A program made the position numbers and the translations under genes. Below the pieces are notes generated by a model, which ran no database searches, was not told the origin of the DNA, and saw nothing but the letters and a program-made list of their open reading frames with translations. 64,000 bases of DNA from Octopus sinensis (lineage: Eukaryota). Of this stretch, positions 50,300 to 63,304 are shown in pieces (the first letter of the stretch is position 1; each line of letters starts with the position of its first letter). The stretch spans positions 19,096,001 to 19,160,000 of the forward strand of contig NC_043007.1 in NCBI RefSeq assembly GCF_006345805.1. The letters are read 5' to 3'.

Positions 50300-52628
50300 C
50301 ATACATACATACATATATATAGATACATGCACAGACATCGCTTGTAAAAAAAAACAAAGTAGGACCTATAGCAAAAATGGCTGGTCATAGCCTGAGTTTG
50401 CAGTCATTATCATCATCATCATTATCACACACACACACGCACACAGAGATGACCAATTCTTCGATATTGGTACACGGCGTGATTCACTCACACAACATTC
50501 TCTCTCGAGTCAGGTAAAGAGACTAGGCTTGAAAAGGTGAGTGACTGATGTCGCCTCCTCATACTGACAGCCTCTAAGAGATCAATACCGAAAGAACGAC
50601 AACATGTCACGTCGATAAGTCAAATACGAATAGACAGACAGACAGACAGACAAACAGACACTCAGCAGGCAGACGACTAGTTGCAGACGTTTTGGATGAA
50701 TCCAAACTATTGTGTCGGTGATGTAAACTTCAACGACTTTACGCCGAAGTATTTTACCGGTAACCCGACATCCCGATGACATTTTCGACTATTTCACTAT
50801 TTACGAACAGGTATTAACTCAAAACGTGAATAAAAAATAAACTTACGGGTGTCGTCGAAGTCTAATCTAGAAGGTACTTGTCTGTTCTACTGTTAACACC
50901 TGAAACTAACTCGCATTATTTATACAAAAACTGAAAGCGAAAGTAAAAGTAAATTTAAATGCGCATGTCATTTTCTTGGGAATGTGGCTCTTATCGAAAT
51001 TCCTGGTATTTGGGGAGATGATTGAGGAGTGCTGCATAGAATTTAGAACTAATTTTGGTTAATGTTTACTTTAACACCCGACCACCAAAACAAACAAATA
51101 AAAAGTGAATTAGGTGTAAAAAAAAATGTGTATTAAACGAAGATACGAACAAAAAATTGCACCAACGAACCATTAATGAAGAAATTTGTGGGGAAGAATT
51201 TGTTTCCGAGGGCTTGGGGAGAGGACTTCCGAAGAGAAAGGAATTCATAAATAATTTTTTTGCGTCAGTGAAATGGAAAAAAGTTTGAAAAGGAAACTTT
51301 TAGATTCATTTATATTTCGTTTAAGTAATAAAAAAAAAAAGATCCCGTGTATCATGGTGTATCATTAGTCGAGCAAATCGACCCCGGGACTTATTCTTTG
51401 TAGGCCCAGTACTTATCCTATCTGTCTCTTTTGCCGAACCGCTAGGTGACGGGGACGTAAACACACCAGCATCGGTTGTCAAGCAATGCTAGGGGGACAA
51501 ACACAGACACACAAACACACACACGCACATACATATATATATATGTCCGATGAACGGCAACGGGAAACTCAGAGTAAAAGGTTTTGTTGAATTTTCTGCT
51601 GCTTTAAATAAAGTATATATAATATATATATATATATATAATATATATATATATATACATATATATATACATATATACGACAGGCTTCTTTCAGTTTCCG
51701 TCTATCAAATCCACTCACAAGGCATTGGTCGGCTCGGGGCTATAGCAGAAGACACTTGCCCAGATGCCACGCAGTGGGACTGAACTCGGAAGCATGTGGT
51801 TGGTTAGCAAGCTACTTACCACACAGCCACTCCTGCGCCTATCAAATCATACCAGGACTATTGAGGAGGCCAAAAGTCAATAACGAAGTATTTAATCAAA
51901 AGGATCTAACCCTTTTAATCCAATCTCTTGTCCCTACATCAACTCGATTTTTTAGAGGGGAGATAACCCAGTTTTTTAATGGCAATTTTTTAATGGGGGT
52001 GAGATAACCAAAAAGTACCCTTCTTTTTTCTATTACACTAAAACAAAAAAAAAATTATGAATCACTTTACTCAAAATGACTCACAACACTTTAAGAGCGA
52101 ATTTGGTTGACGGAAACTTTGTGGAAGCCCATTATGTGTGTATGTTGGCTTTTTCCACCCGCCCCCGCCACTGCTTGAAAACCAGTGTTGGTTTATTTAC
52201 GTCCCCATAACTTCGTAGTTTTGGCTAAAGAGTTCCCATAGAATAAATACTAGCCTTAAAATAAGTACTGGGCCTCGATTTTTGTTTTCAAATAACCCGG
52301 CAAAGCGGTGCTCCAGCATGGCCACAGTCCAATGAGTGAATCAAGCAAAAGAGTTGTAATACCTCAACAGGTACCAGTAATTACAGAGCCAACCAGAGCA
52401 GTCCCTGTGCAATCAATTGTCTTTCAAATCTTAAAGAAATGAAGGCTCGTGTTCCACTAGTTCGGCCCCTAACCACCTGACCGTGGGCCTTCGTTGTCAT
52501 AAAATCGTCAGTTCAGTTACTGGACTGGGACGCAGATTGTGCCTTTGAGCAAGGCCCTTCAGTTCACGTTGCCCCTGTCCACCTAGCTGTAAACGGGAAT
52601 CAGCCAGATGCTCGTTTATCACACACAC

Positions 52629-52670
<42 letters not shown>

Positions 52671-52844
52671 CTCTCACCTCCTGAATGTGCCGCAGAGTGA
52701 AGAGTGTGGAAGCCAAGGAGCCGCGCTTGTCTGTTCGTGACTGCGCAGGCACTTAAAGCAGTTATTGAAAGCACGGCACAAGTTTCCGAGCCATACCTGC
52801 TCACGACGACTGGCCGTTGTACTGTATAATAATAATAACATATT

Positions 52845-53755
52845 ATTTTCCACTCTAGGTAGAAGGCCCGAAATTTTGAGGGAGAGAGGGGGCCAGTCGA
52901 TTAGATCGCACCAGAACGCAACTGGTACTTAATTTATCGACCCCGAAAGGATGAAAGGCAAATTTGAACTCAGAACATAAAATCAGAGGAAATACCTATT
53001 TCTTTACTACCCACAAGGGGCTAAACACAGAGGGGACAAACAAGGACAGACAAACGGATTAAGGCGATTATATCGACCTCAGTGCGTAACTGGTACTTAA
53101 TTTATCGACCCCGAAAGGATGAAAGGCAAAGTCAACCTCGGCGGAACTTGAACTCAGAACGTAAAGACATACGAAATACCTATCTCTTTACTACCCACTA
53201 AACACAGAGAGGACAAACGGATTAAGTCGATTATATCGACCCCAATGCGTAACCGGGGTCGACCTCAAAATGATGAAAGGTAAAGTCGACCTCGGCGAAA
53301 TTTGAACTCAGAACGTATAGACAGACGAAATACCTATTTCTATTTCTTTCCTACGCACAAGGGGCTAAACACAGAGAGGACAAACAAGGACAGACAAACG
53401 GATTAAGTCGATTATATCGACCCCAGTGCATAAATAGTACTTAATTTATCGACTTCAAAATGATGAAAGGCAAAAACGATCTCGGCGGAATTTGAACTCA
53501 GAACGTAACGGCAGACGAAATACCTATTTCTATTTCTTTACTACCCACAGGGGGCTAAACACAGAGAGGACAAACAAAGACAGACAAACGGATTAAGTCG
53601 ATTACATCGACCCCAGTGCGTCACTGGTACTTAATTTATCGACCCCGAAAGGATGAAAGGCAAAGTCGACCTCGGCGGAATTTGAACTCAGAACAGACGA
53701 AATACGGCTACGCATTTCGTCCGGCGTGCTAACGTTTCTGCCAGCTCGCCGCCTT
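52845..53755 (-). mobile_element. Chimeric SINE concatemer: head, four type A bodies and one terminal type B body
   Basis: GAAATACCTAT junctions at about 52990, 53174, 53327 and 53517. TSD ATAACATATT at 52835-52844 and 53756-53765. Confidence 0.88.
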
Positions 53756-53788
53756 ATAACATATTGCATATCGGACAATGTAGTAGTC

Positions 53789-53827
<39 letters not shown>

Positions 53828-54230
53828 TGTTTTAATTTACTCGACGTCCCGAGGCTGTAAATATGCGTAACATTAATTTTAAACTTCCTGCAAAGAAATC
53901 TGGGTCATAAAGCCTCAAAACTGAGCCGAGTGACAGAACAGTAAATAATGGCTACGAGAATCATATTTCACTTTCACTTTCCCCGAGTCATTAAAGAAAT
54001 AAGCTGAAAGGATTTTGTTGGTATTCATAGATTTGTGTGCGCTTCGAAATCCATTCACGTTCTCACAAAAGTTTATAAAATTCCTGTGACGTCACACATA
54101 CCCATTCACCTTTTTGTTTTTAAATTGTTCTATCGGTCAAATGACCTGCGGCTATCCTGGTGCGCCGTCTTGGAGAGTTTAGTCGGTCAAATCAACGTCA
54201 GAACTTGTTTGTCGCTTTCTTATTGCCAAA

Positions 54231-54470
54231 GAGGCGGCAAGGAGCTGGCAGAATTGTTAGCACACCGGGCGAAATGCGTAGCCGTATTTCGTCTGCCGTT
54301 ACGTTCTGAGTTCAAATTCCGCCGAGGTCGACTTTGCCTTTCATCCTTTCGGGGTCGATTAAATAAGTACCTATTTCTTTACTACCAACAAGGGGCTAAG
54401 CACAGAGAGGACAAACAAGGACAGACAAACGGATTAAGTCGATTATATCGACCCCCAGTGCGTAACTGGT
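54231..54470. mobile_element. Family A SINE with its 3' half inverted
   Basis: Plus-strand head and core run to AAATAAGTACC (about 54371), followed by the reverse complement of the 3' half from TACCTATTTC to AACTGGT. Confidence 0.85.
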
Positions 54471-55158
54471 CCTTCATAGAATTACTGTGGTTACGTTAAA
54501 CGAATTTGCATATTGTTACCTATTAATTCATGCAATGGACTCCTATTCGGAATAAACCGTGCTGTTTGAAACACTTGTAGTGAGGATCTGTGAAGGCGCT
54601 TGGCTTAGTGGTTAGGGCATTCAGCTCACGATCGCAAGGTCGTGAGTTCGATTTCCGGCGGCGCATTGCGTCCTTGAGCAAGATACTTTATTTCACGTTG
54701 CTCCTGTCCACTCAGTTGACCAAAATGAGTAGTACCTGTAATTCAAAGGGGGCCAGCCTTGTCACATTCTGTGTCACACTGAATCTACGTTAAGGGCACA
54801 CGTGTTTGTGGAGTGCTCAGCCCCTTGCACATTGATCGGATCAAGTGGAACACTCTTCATTGTAACCGACGGAGGACCTTAGTGATGCTCTGTAGTAGCT
54901 ATTCGTTTTATTCACAGGTATTGCACCGTGTAAAATATATCAGTTATTCATTGGTACAAACATGGATCCGTGAGTTACTCGAGAGCAGTTGCATCTGTTT
55001 GGCTCTCTACAGACTGTTCATTTGACCAGTGGAATGGCCAGGAATATTTCTTTGGAGATATCTGTAATAATGCGCAGAGGTGCTTCTGGGTTGACTTGTC
55101 AATAGCCAATAGTTTCATGTCGCATAAGAAGAGGTAAAATTAGCAATCATCAGATATG

Positions 55159-55574
55159 CAGTGATCCCTCGCTACTTCGCGGTTCAACTATCGCGGATCC
55201 ACGACTTCACGGATTTTAAAATATATATATATAGTGAGGGAAGAAAAGCTTGCTGCGCATTTGTTTGGAGATTTAAGTTCCTGGATTTTCCTGAAGAGAA
55301 AGCTGCAAAATGGTCTCCTTATTCAATCCGAATTAGGGACTTTGCAGCCTTTGAAACATATGTAGAAAATAATAAAAAGGAATTTTGTAAAATCTTCGTT
55401 CAGCTCCATTTCTTCCCTCACTAAATATATAAAACTTCAATTATCCGCACTAAGGCACGGTTGCGATACCCCATGGTCGTAACCTCAACCGTGATTTTTC
55501 TGTTGTGATTTTTGCTACCCAGGTATCGGTTATAATTTGAATAATCCGTAACAAGATAATTCATTTATCCATTT

Positions 55575-55621
<47 letters not shown>

Positions 55622-56004
55622 CGCCTAAAATTTTTAATTAAATCCATTAAAATATTATGTCCTTGTCTAGGAACAACAGAACAAGCGTAAAATAGCAAAA
55701 AAGCATATACAGGGGTATTTGAACTTTAGACGGGCTGTGATCGGTGCAATGGAGAGAGAGACGACGAATCTCAGCTTTCTGTTTTGTAATCTGGCCTGTG
55801 TAACAGTAACAATCTTTATTTTTTTAAATCTAAGGTGTCATTGCTTAACTGTTTGTCCTTGTTATTAATAGACTACTGTAATGGGCGGCTTGTTAATAGT
55901 ACACGTTAACTAAATCCTGTAAATATGGTGTCCTTACTTCGCGGAAATTCAGTTATCGCGGCCGGCCTCGGAACCAATCTACCGTGATAAACGAGGGATC
56001 ACTG
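55159..56004. mobile_element. Tigger/pogo-like non-autonomous DNA transposon with a nested PLE-like insertion (about 55233-55578)
   Basis: TIRs CAGTGATCCCTCG / CGAGGGATCACTG. The insert sits within a (TA)n tract. Confidence 0.8.
55285..55370 (+). ncRNA. Canonical type I hammerhead ribozyme
   Basis: ATTTTC-CTGAAGA-[long stem II GAAAGCTGCAAA...TTTGCAGCCTTT]-GAAAC-ATAT-GTA^GAAAAT: 6-bp stem I, intact core and GUA triplet, with predicted cleavage after 55364. Confidence 0.82.
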
Positions 56005-56869
56005 TCGTTGAATAGAAAAGTATGGCCTTCGCCCTACATGCATATACACGATCACATGTATTTAAAAATAACCCTCCCTCTTAACCCGCTCCTCGGTGTC
56101 TCTCTTGCTTCTTCTCCACCCCACAGTAAAATATATAAAATCGGGGTGGATTTTCTACCACTTTGGCTAAATAGGACCAATCCAAGAAGCATAACTCCGA
56201 TGGGTCAAATGAGATAACTTTGGTCTTTTTCGTTTTTGTTCTTTCAGCCATGAACTTCATTCTGTTCTTTTTTGACCGCTATTCTAAAACTCATAAACCG
56301 GATGTCACGTGTTCAGGGCTCCAGTAATGAAAAGCTAAGACCATACTTTTCTTTTCAGCCATCTCTGATGATTGCTGAACTTGTCTTTCCATTTTTGGCA
56401 TGAAACCATTTGGCAAAAAAAATAAAAATTAGCTATTATAAGGCTTTAATATTATTTCAATATAAAAAGAGGCGTACTGGTAGAATAGTTTGCACGCCGG
56501 GCAAAATACTTAGCGGGCATTTCGCCTGTCTTTGTGCTCTGAGCTCAAATTCCTCCGAGGTCGACTTTGCCTTTCATCCTTGCATAAGTCGATAAAATAA
56601 GTATCAATCAAGCACTGGAATCGATGTAGTCGATTATCCCACTGCCCAGAAATTGCCGGCCTTGTGCCAAAATTTGAAATCAATGTTATTTCAGTAAAAT
56701 GCGTATTAATACATACGTACATGAATCCATCTTCTACAATACACAAGACATATTCTTTGTAAGCCTAGTATTTATTGTAACAGCCCCCTTTGCCGAACCA
56801 TTCAGTTACTGGGACGTAAACACAACAGCATTGGTTGTCGAGCGATCTTGAGCGAGGAGACAAACACAG

Positions 56870-56910
<41 letters not shown>

Positions 56911-57156
56911 CATATATACGACGAGCTTCTTTCAGTTTCCGTCTACCAAATCCACTCACAAGGCTTCAGTCGGCTAAGGCTTATAATAGAAGATAAGGTG
57001 CCACACAGTGGGACCGGACCTGGAAACGTCGTAAAGATGATCAATTGCAGGAATGCTTTCGATCATATCTTCCCCATCAGGGACGACCTTGGGCTAAAAA
57101 ACAATAACGACCTCTTCAGTGTTTTTCCTGTTGTTGTTCTGGGTGCTGTTGCTGTT

Positions 57157-57528
57157 GAGCGAACGGTCTTCGTCCCTGAGCTCGCAAGATGGGAGAAGTC
57201 CGAAACATGGTACTTCGCTATTCGTAAGATCCGCAGAAGAGAAAGCAGGTCAACCCCCGACACTGAGAGCATCGACGGATGGATGAATGCGCATCCAGGC
57301 TCAGCGATTGTGTAGGAAGTCGGGGGACAAGAAACAGGAAGAAAGAGTGAAAGAAAGTTGGAGCGAAAGAGTACAACAGGAGTCGCCACCACCCTTCTGC
57401 CGGGGCCTCGTAGAGCTTTTTAGGTGTTTTCGCTCAATAAACACTCACAACGCCCGGTCTGGGTATCGAAACCGCGATCCTCCGATCGCGCGTCCGCTGC
57501 CCTAACCACTGGGCCATTGCGCCTCCAC
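57157..57528 (-). mobile_element. tRNA-derived SINE (family D head, tail type 2)
   Basis: Same head as 22335. The 3' part is shared with 61980-62160 but not with 22540-22720. Confidence 0.85.
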
Positions 57529-57949
57529 TTGCTTCTGTTGATGGTGATAGTGATGATGATGATGATGATAAGCCGTATTTGGTGCGTGTTTATTAAAGTA
57601 AATGGTGGTGGTGGTAGTGGTGGTGGTGGTGGTGGTGGGGGCGGTGACGCTTTCCTGTTGTTTGCGGTAATGATGTCAGCAAAGTTGCCATTACACTTTC
57701 GTTATTGTTGATGTTGCTGCTGCTGCTACTGCTTCCGTTGTTATTGTTGTTATTGTTGTTGTTGTTCTGGTGGTGGTGGTGGTGGTGGTGGGTTGCGTTG
57801 TTGCTGTCCGATGCGGTTATTAGTTTTTAATCGACATTCAATAACGCGTTAAATGCAAACGATGAGACTTGGCTGGAATTGGTTGGGGGGTGGGGGTGGA
57901 CGGGTTGGAAGGAGGGGGGAGCGGCATGGCGGGAACGAGCTAAGAAATA

Positions 57950-58345
57950 ATAACACCACCACTACCACCACCACCGCCGCCACTACCACCACCACCGCCG
58001 CCACCACCACCACCACCGCCGCCAACACCACTACCACCGCCGCCAACACCACTACCACCGCCGCCACCACCACCACTACCAACACCACCACCAACACCAC
58101 TACCACCGCTGCCACCACCACTACCACCACCACCACCGCCACCACCAACACCGCCACTAACACCACTACCACCGCCGCCACTACCACCGCTGCCACCACC
58201 ACTACCACCACCACCGCCACTACCGCCGCCACCACCACCACCGCCACCAACACCACCACCACCAACACCACTACCACCGCCGCCACTACCGCCACTACTA
58301 CCACCACCACCACCACCGCTGCCACCACCACTACCACCACCACCG
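57950..58345. repeat. Degenerate (ACC/GCC/ACT)n trinucleotide array
   Basis: Read directly. It explains the poly-Thr/Val/Gly ORFs. Confidence 0.95.
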
Positions 58346-58653
58346 CAAAAAAAATACAAAAAAGAACAACATGATAATTACAACTTTTACCGCGCGAATC
58401 ACTTTTGCACAGACGACTACCACATTGGCTTTCATCACATCGACATCTCGCAACCACAGCCACTAACACCCATACTACAGCACGCACACATCAACATTAT
58501 ATAAATGCAAGCGCAGCCATCTCCGTCGCCGTCACCGAGCGAACGAAGGAACTTCGGGATGATCGCTGAAATTGTTAGAAATAGCAGCCAAATGTCCTTT
58601 GAGTCACACCTGCTCCGCTTTTGTGGATATCAAAATTATACTCTGCTCTAGAT

Positions 58654-59213
58654 GAGCGGTTCCCAACCTTTTCCCTACCAAGGACCCCTTTTATTTAAAT
58701 GAGTTTTTTTCCACGGACCCCTTTTAATATGCTTTCCCTCATATATATATTTTAGGAGCAGGCGTAGCTGTGAGGTAAGAAGCTTGCTTATCAAACCACA
58801 TGGTTCTGGGTTCGGTCCCAAGACGCGACACCTTGGCCACGTGTCTTCTGCTATAGCCTCGGGCCAACCAAAGCTTTGTGAGTGGATTTGGTTGACGGAA
58901 ACTGAAAGAAACCCGTCGTATATATATGTGTATGTGTGTGTCTCCATCGCTTGACAACCGATGTTGGTGTGTTTAAGACCCCATAACTTGGCGGTTCGGC
59001 AAAAGAGACCGATAGAATAAATACTAGGTTTACAAAGAATAAGTCCTGAGGTCGATTTCTTCGACTAAAGGCGGTGCTCCAGCATGGCCGCAGTCAAATG
59101 ACTGAAACAAGTAAAGGAATACGAAATTTTGAATTTAGTTCACGTACTCCCAGTTCTACCTTTGTGCACCCCTGACACAGGGGCTCCGCGGACCCCCAGT
59201 TTGGGAACTACTG
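58654..59213. mobile_element. hAT MITE with a nested family C SINE
   Basis: Ends GAGCGGTTCCCAA / TTGGGAACTACTG. 8-bp TSD CTCTAGAT at 58646-58653 and 59214-59221. Confidence 0.8.
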
Positions 59214-59368
59214 CTCTAGATTATGCGATATTGATTTCCTTTATCACAGGAACGACAGGATGGTCACGGCCGGAATATTTTCGACTATCTCATAGGTATT
59301 CTTGATTAGAGTTTTATCTACAGCGAAACAGTCTCACACTAACTCCTCAACATTACAACTAACATACC

Positions 59369-60135
59369 TATTTCTTTATTACCCACAAGGGGCTAAACAC
59401 AGAGGGAACAATCAAGGACAAATGGATTAAGTCGATTAACTGGTACTTAATTTATCGACCCCGAAAGGATGAAAGGCAAAGTCGACCTCGGCGGAATTTG
59501 AACTGAGAACGTAACGGCAGACGAAATACCTATTTCTTTACTACCCACAAGGGGCTAAACACAGAGAGGACAAACAAGGACAGACAAACAGATTAAGTCG
59601 ATTACATCGACCCAGTGCGTAACTAGTATTTAATTTATCGACCCCGAAAGGATGAAAGGCAAAGTCGACCTCGGCGGAATTTGAACCCAGAACGTGGCGG
59701 CAGACGAAATACCTATTTCTTTACTGCCCACAAGGGGCTAAACACAGAGGGGACAAACAAGGACAGACAAGCGGATTAAATCGATTATATCGACCCCAGT
59801 GCGTAACTGGTACTTATTTAATCGATCCCGAAAGGATGAACGGCAAAGTCGACCTCGGCGGAATTTGAACTAAGAACGTAGCGGCAGACGAAATACCTAT
59901 TTCTTTATTACCCACAAGGGGTTAAACACAGAGGGGACAAACAAGGACAGACATAGGTATTAAGTCGATTACATCGACCCCAGTGCGGAACTGGTATTTA
60001 ATTTATCGACCCCGAAAGGATGAAAGGCAAAGTCGACCTCGGCGGAATTTGAACTCAGAACGTAACGGCAGACGAAATACTGCTAAGCATTTCGCCCGGC
60101 GTGCTAACGATTCTGCCAGCTCCTCGCCGCCTTTT
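59369..60135 (-). mobile_element. Family A SINE concatemer: head plus four bodies with a perfect 17-bp TSD
   Basis: TSD ATTACAACTAACATACC at 59352-59368 and 60136-60152 (GGTATGTT... on the SINE strand). Junctions at about 59523, 59705 and 59890. Confidence 0.92.
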
Positions 60136-63100
60136 ATTACAACTAACATACCACTACTCTTACAACCACCGCCACCACCACCACCACCACCACCACCGTA
60201 ACCAATGCTATCTCATCACTAAAGCACAACAACAACCACAACAGCACAAACAATACTTGACTGATAACAACAGACATTTTCTTGTGGCAGCATTTTTCTC
60301 ATTTGGTACCAGGAAGCTTTTCACTCTGTAACGCTCGACATTTCATAAGTAGCAGCAGAGTGTGAAGCCAGTGATATCGCCTGTTTGTGTGAGTGGCGAC
60401 TCAAGTATGCGTTTCGTTTTATCTTGGAAGCCAATGTTTACAAAAGCAGCCTTGTTATGTGTGCGCGTGTGAGGGGGCAGAGGGCGTCCTTCGCAAAAGT
60501 GTTTTTTTTATCGTAGGCGCAGGCGCAGTTGCGTGATAAAAGGTTTGTTTTGCAACCAACCACATGGTTTCGGGTTCAATACCTCTGTGTGGGACCCTGG
60601 GCAAGTATCTTCTACTATACTCTTTTACTTGTTTCAGTCATTTGACTGCGGCCATGCTGGAGCACCGCCTTTAATCGAGCAACTCGACCCCGGGACTTAT
60701 TCTTTTGTAAGCCCAGTACTTATTCTATCGGTCTCTTTTGCCGAACCGCTAAGTTACGGGGACATAAACAACACCAGCATCGGTTGTCAAGCAATGCTAG
60801 GGGGAAAGGGGGACAACACAGACAACACAACACACACACACATATATATATACATATATACGACGGGCTTCTTTCAGTTTCCTACTACTAAATCCACTCA
60901 CAAGGCTTTGGTCGGCCCGAGGCTATAGTAGAAGACACTTGCCAAGGTGCCACGCAGTGGGACTGAACCCGGAACCATGTGGTTGGTAAACAAGCTACTT
61001 ACCACGGGAGAGTTTACGAAAAAAAAAACCCAAAAGATGAAGACAGGTGGTGTAGAAAACAAACAGATGTATTAGTATAACGCTCAGGAATAGAAAAAGT
61101 CTTTTACGTTTCGAGCCTAAGCTCTTCTACAGAAAGGGACACAGAAAAAAAACAAGGAGAGAAAAAAATGTGTGTAGTGGCTAACGATCTATCATGACTT
61201 CTACTATAGTCTTGGGCCAGCCAAAGCTTTGTGACTGGATCTGGTAGACGGAAACTGAAAGAAGCCTGTCGTGTGTGTGCGCGCACCTGTCATTTTTTTT
61301 GTGCTGTTTGTCTTTAACGACTGTTGTTGGTTTGTTTACGTCCCTGTAACTTAGCGGTTCAGCATTATAAGAGGCGAGCCTTCTGATGGCCACCCCAAGG
61401 GAGACAGAAGCATGGCAGTCCAAAAACATGGAGAACTTCCACAGAACTGGCAGGTAGCGACACCAGGGGACAACTGCAATCCCTTGTTGAAGATCAAGAC
61501 AAATGGAGACGTCTTGTTCGTACTCTGGGTTCTATATGGAATGAAGAAGAGTATGATTTAACAGCTGTTTCTAGCAGATAGGATGACCAAGTACAGGCTC
61601 CTGACAGTGAGGACAGCAAAAACTGAAGCGGTATACATGGGTGTGTCATAAAATGAATAAATTGGGGTGCAGGGGCTCAAGTTGTGGCCCTTGTCAAAGA
61701 GGGGCTGATTTCATATTACATCAAAACACATGGCCCCTATTTTTTCCTTGTCAAATCTGATCAACATTACCCCCACTCACTGTGGTCTTTCATTGAATTA
61801 AAAACTTCACAATAGTTTCTAGAGATAGCCTAGGTCTTCGTTCACTGAGCCATCAATATCTCTCACAGTAAATAGGTACCATGAGGTGGTGCAATGTTGA
61901 GGCAAAGAGGTGCAGAAACGGCTGCAGTGTGTAACTCAAGGTAGGTGTTTTCTTCAGCTTGGTGACAATGACTATTGACTGTTGAGCGAACAGTCTTCGT
62001 CCCGGAGCTCGCAAGATGGGAGAAGTCCGAAACGTGGTCCTTTGCTATTCGTAAGATCCGCAGAAGAGAAAGCAGGTCAACCCCGACACCGAGAGCATCG
62101 ACGGATGGATGAATGCGCATCCAGGCTCAGCAGTTGCGTAGGAAATCGGGGACAAGAAACAGGAAGAAAGAGTGAGAGAAAGCTGGGGCGAAAGAGTACA
62201 GCAGGGGTCGCCACCACCCCCTGCCGGAGCCTCGTGGAACGTTAGGGTTTTCGCTCAATAAACACACACAACGCCCGGTCTGGGAATCGAAACTGCGAGT
62301 CTGCTGCCCTAACCATTGGGCCTCCTGGTGACGATGATGAAAAACCAGCCAAATTTCCTTCAAATTACTTGGATAAAGTATTCATTATTACTTTAGAATG
62401 ATGGAATGGTCGAGGATGGAAGGCTTTAAATAGGTTTGCTCTATCACAGCTGACCTAAAGTTAAATAATATCAACCTAATGTAAAATGTAAATTATACCT
62501 CCCCATGGTACCTATTAATATTGAGGTGAACATTGAGCACAACAAAGTCTACAACATCACACATTTCACCCTCAAACCAATGAGGGAACTTCTATAAGGT
62601 TGCTTGACCTGCCAGAAATAGCAGCCAAATTTCTCTTTGAACCCATTCTTGATAAAGGGCACTGGATGGTCATGAATGGAAAGCTTTTGATCACAGGTTA
62701 GCTCATTCAGGACTGACCCAGGGTTAAACAACACTAAATCTATTATTGACACTACTCTATCACCAACACCACAACCACCACTACAACCAATACTACCAAC
62801 AATAAAAACATCACAACTACCACCAACTTACACTCACCATTACCCACCTACTACCACCACCACCACCACCACCACCACCACCACTACTACTACCAATACC
62901 ACCACTACTACTACTACTACTACTACCAACAACAACATTAATGGCATTACCACCACTGCTACAACCAAAGTTAACTACCACCACCACGACCACCACCAGC
63001 TAACGCCAATCTCACGTCTCTCACTGCCAATTTCACACTGACCGCGTTTTACAGTTCAACTAATCAACTCCACTGATTGTTGTCTTCTCCACAGCCTCTC

Positions 63101-63304
63101 TCTGTCTCTCTCTCTCACTCACTGACAATCATCTCAGAGGTGGTATGGGTGGTAGTGTACTGTAGAAAGGTGGTATGGGTGGTAGTAACGGTGTATCTGT
63201 GGATGTAGCTCTTGTTGTAGTGATTCTGTGGTGATTAGTGTCAGCGTTGTAGTAATGATGGTAGTATAGGAGCTGGTTGTAGTGTCATTATTGTGATAGA
63301 TGTA

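Noticed and set aside
50582-50782. 66-aa minus-strand ORF as a first coding exon
   Set aside because: It runs into a (TGTC)n tract with no good splice donor or recognisable motif.
57849-58487. Mucin-like Thr-rich, Val-rich and Gly-rich ORFs
   Set aside because: A trinucleotide array open in several frames on both strands, with no signal peptide, domain or splice context.
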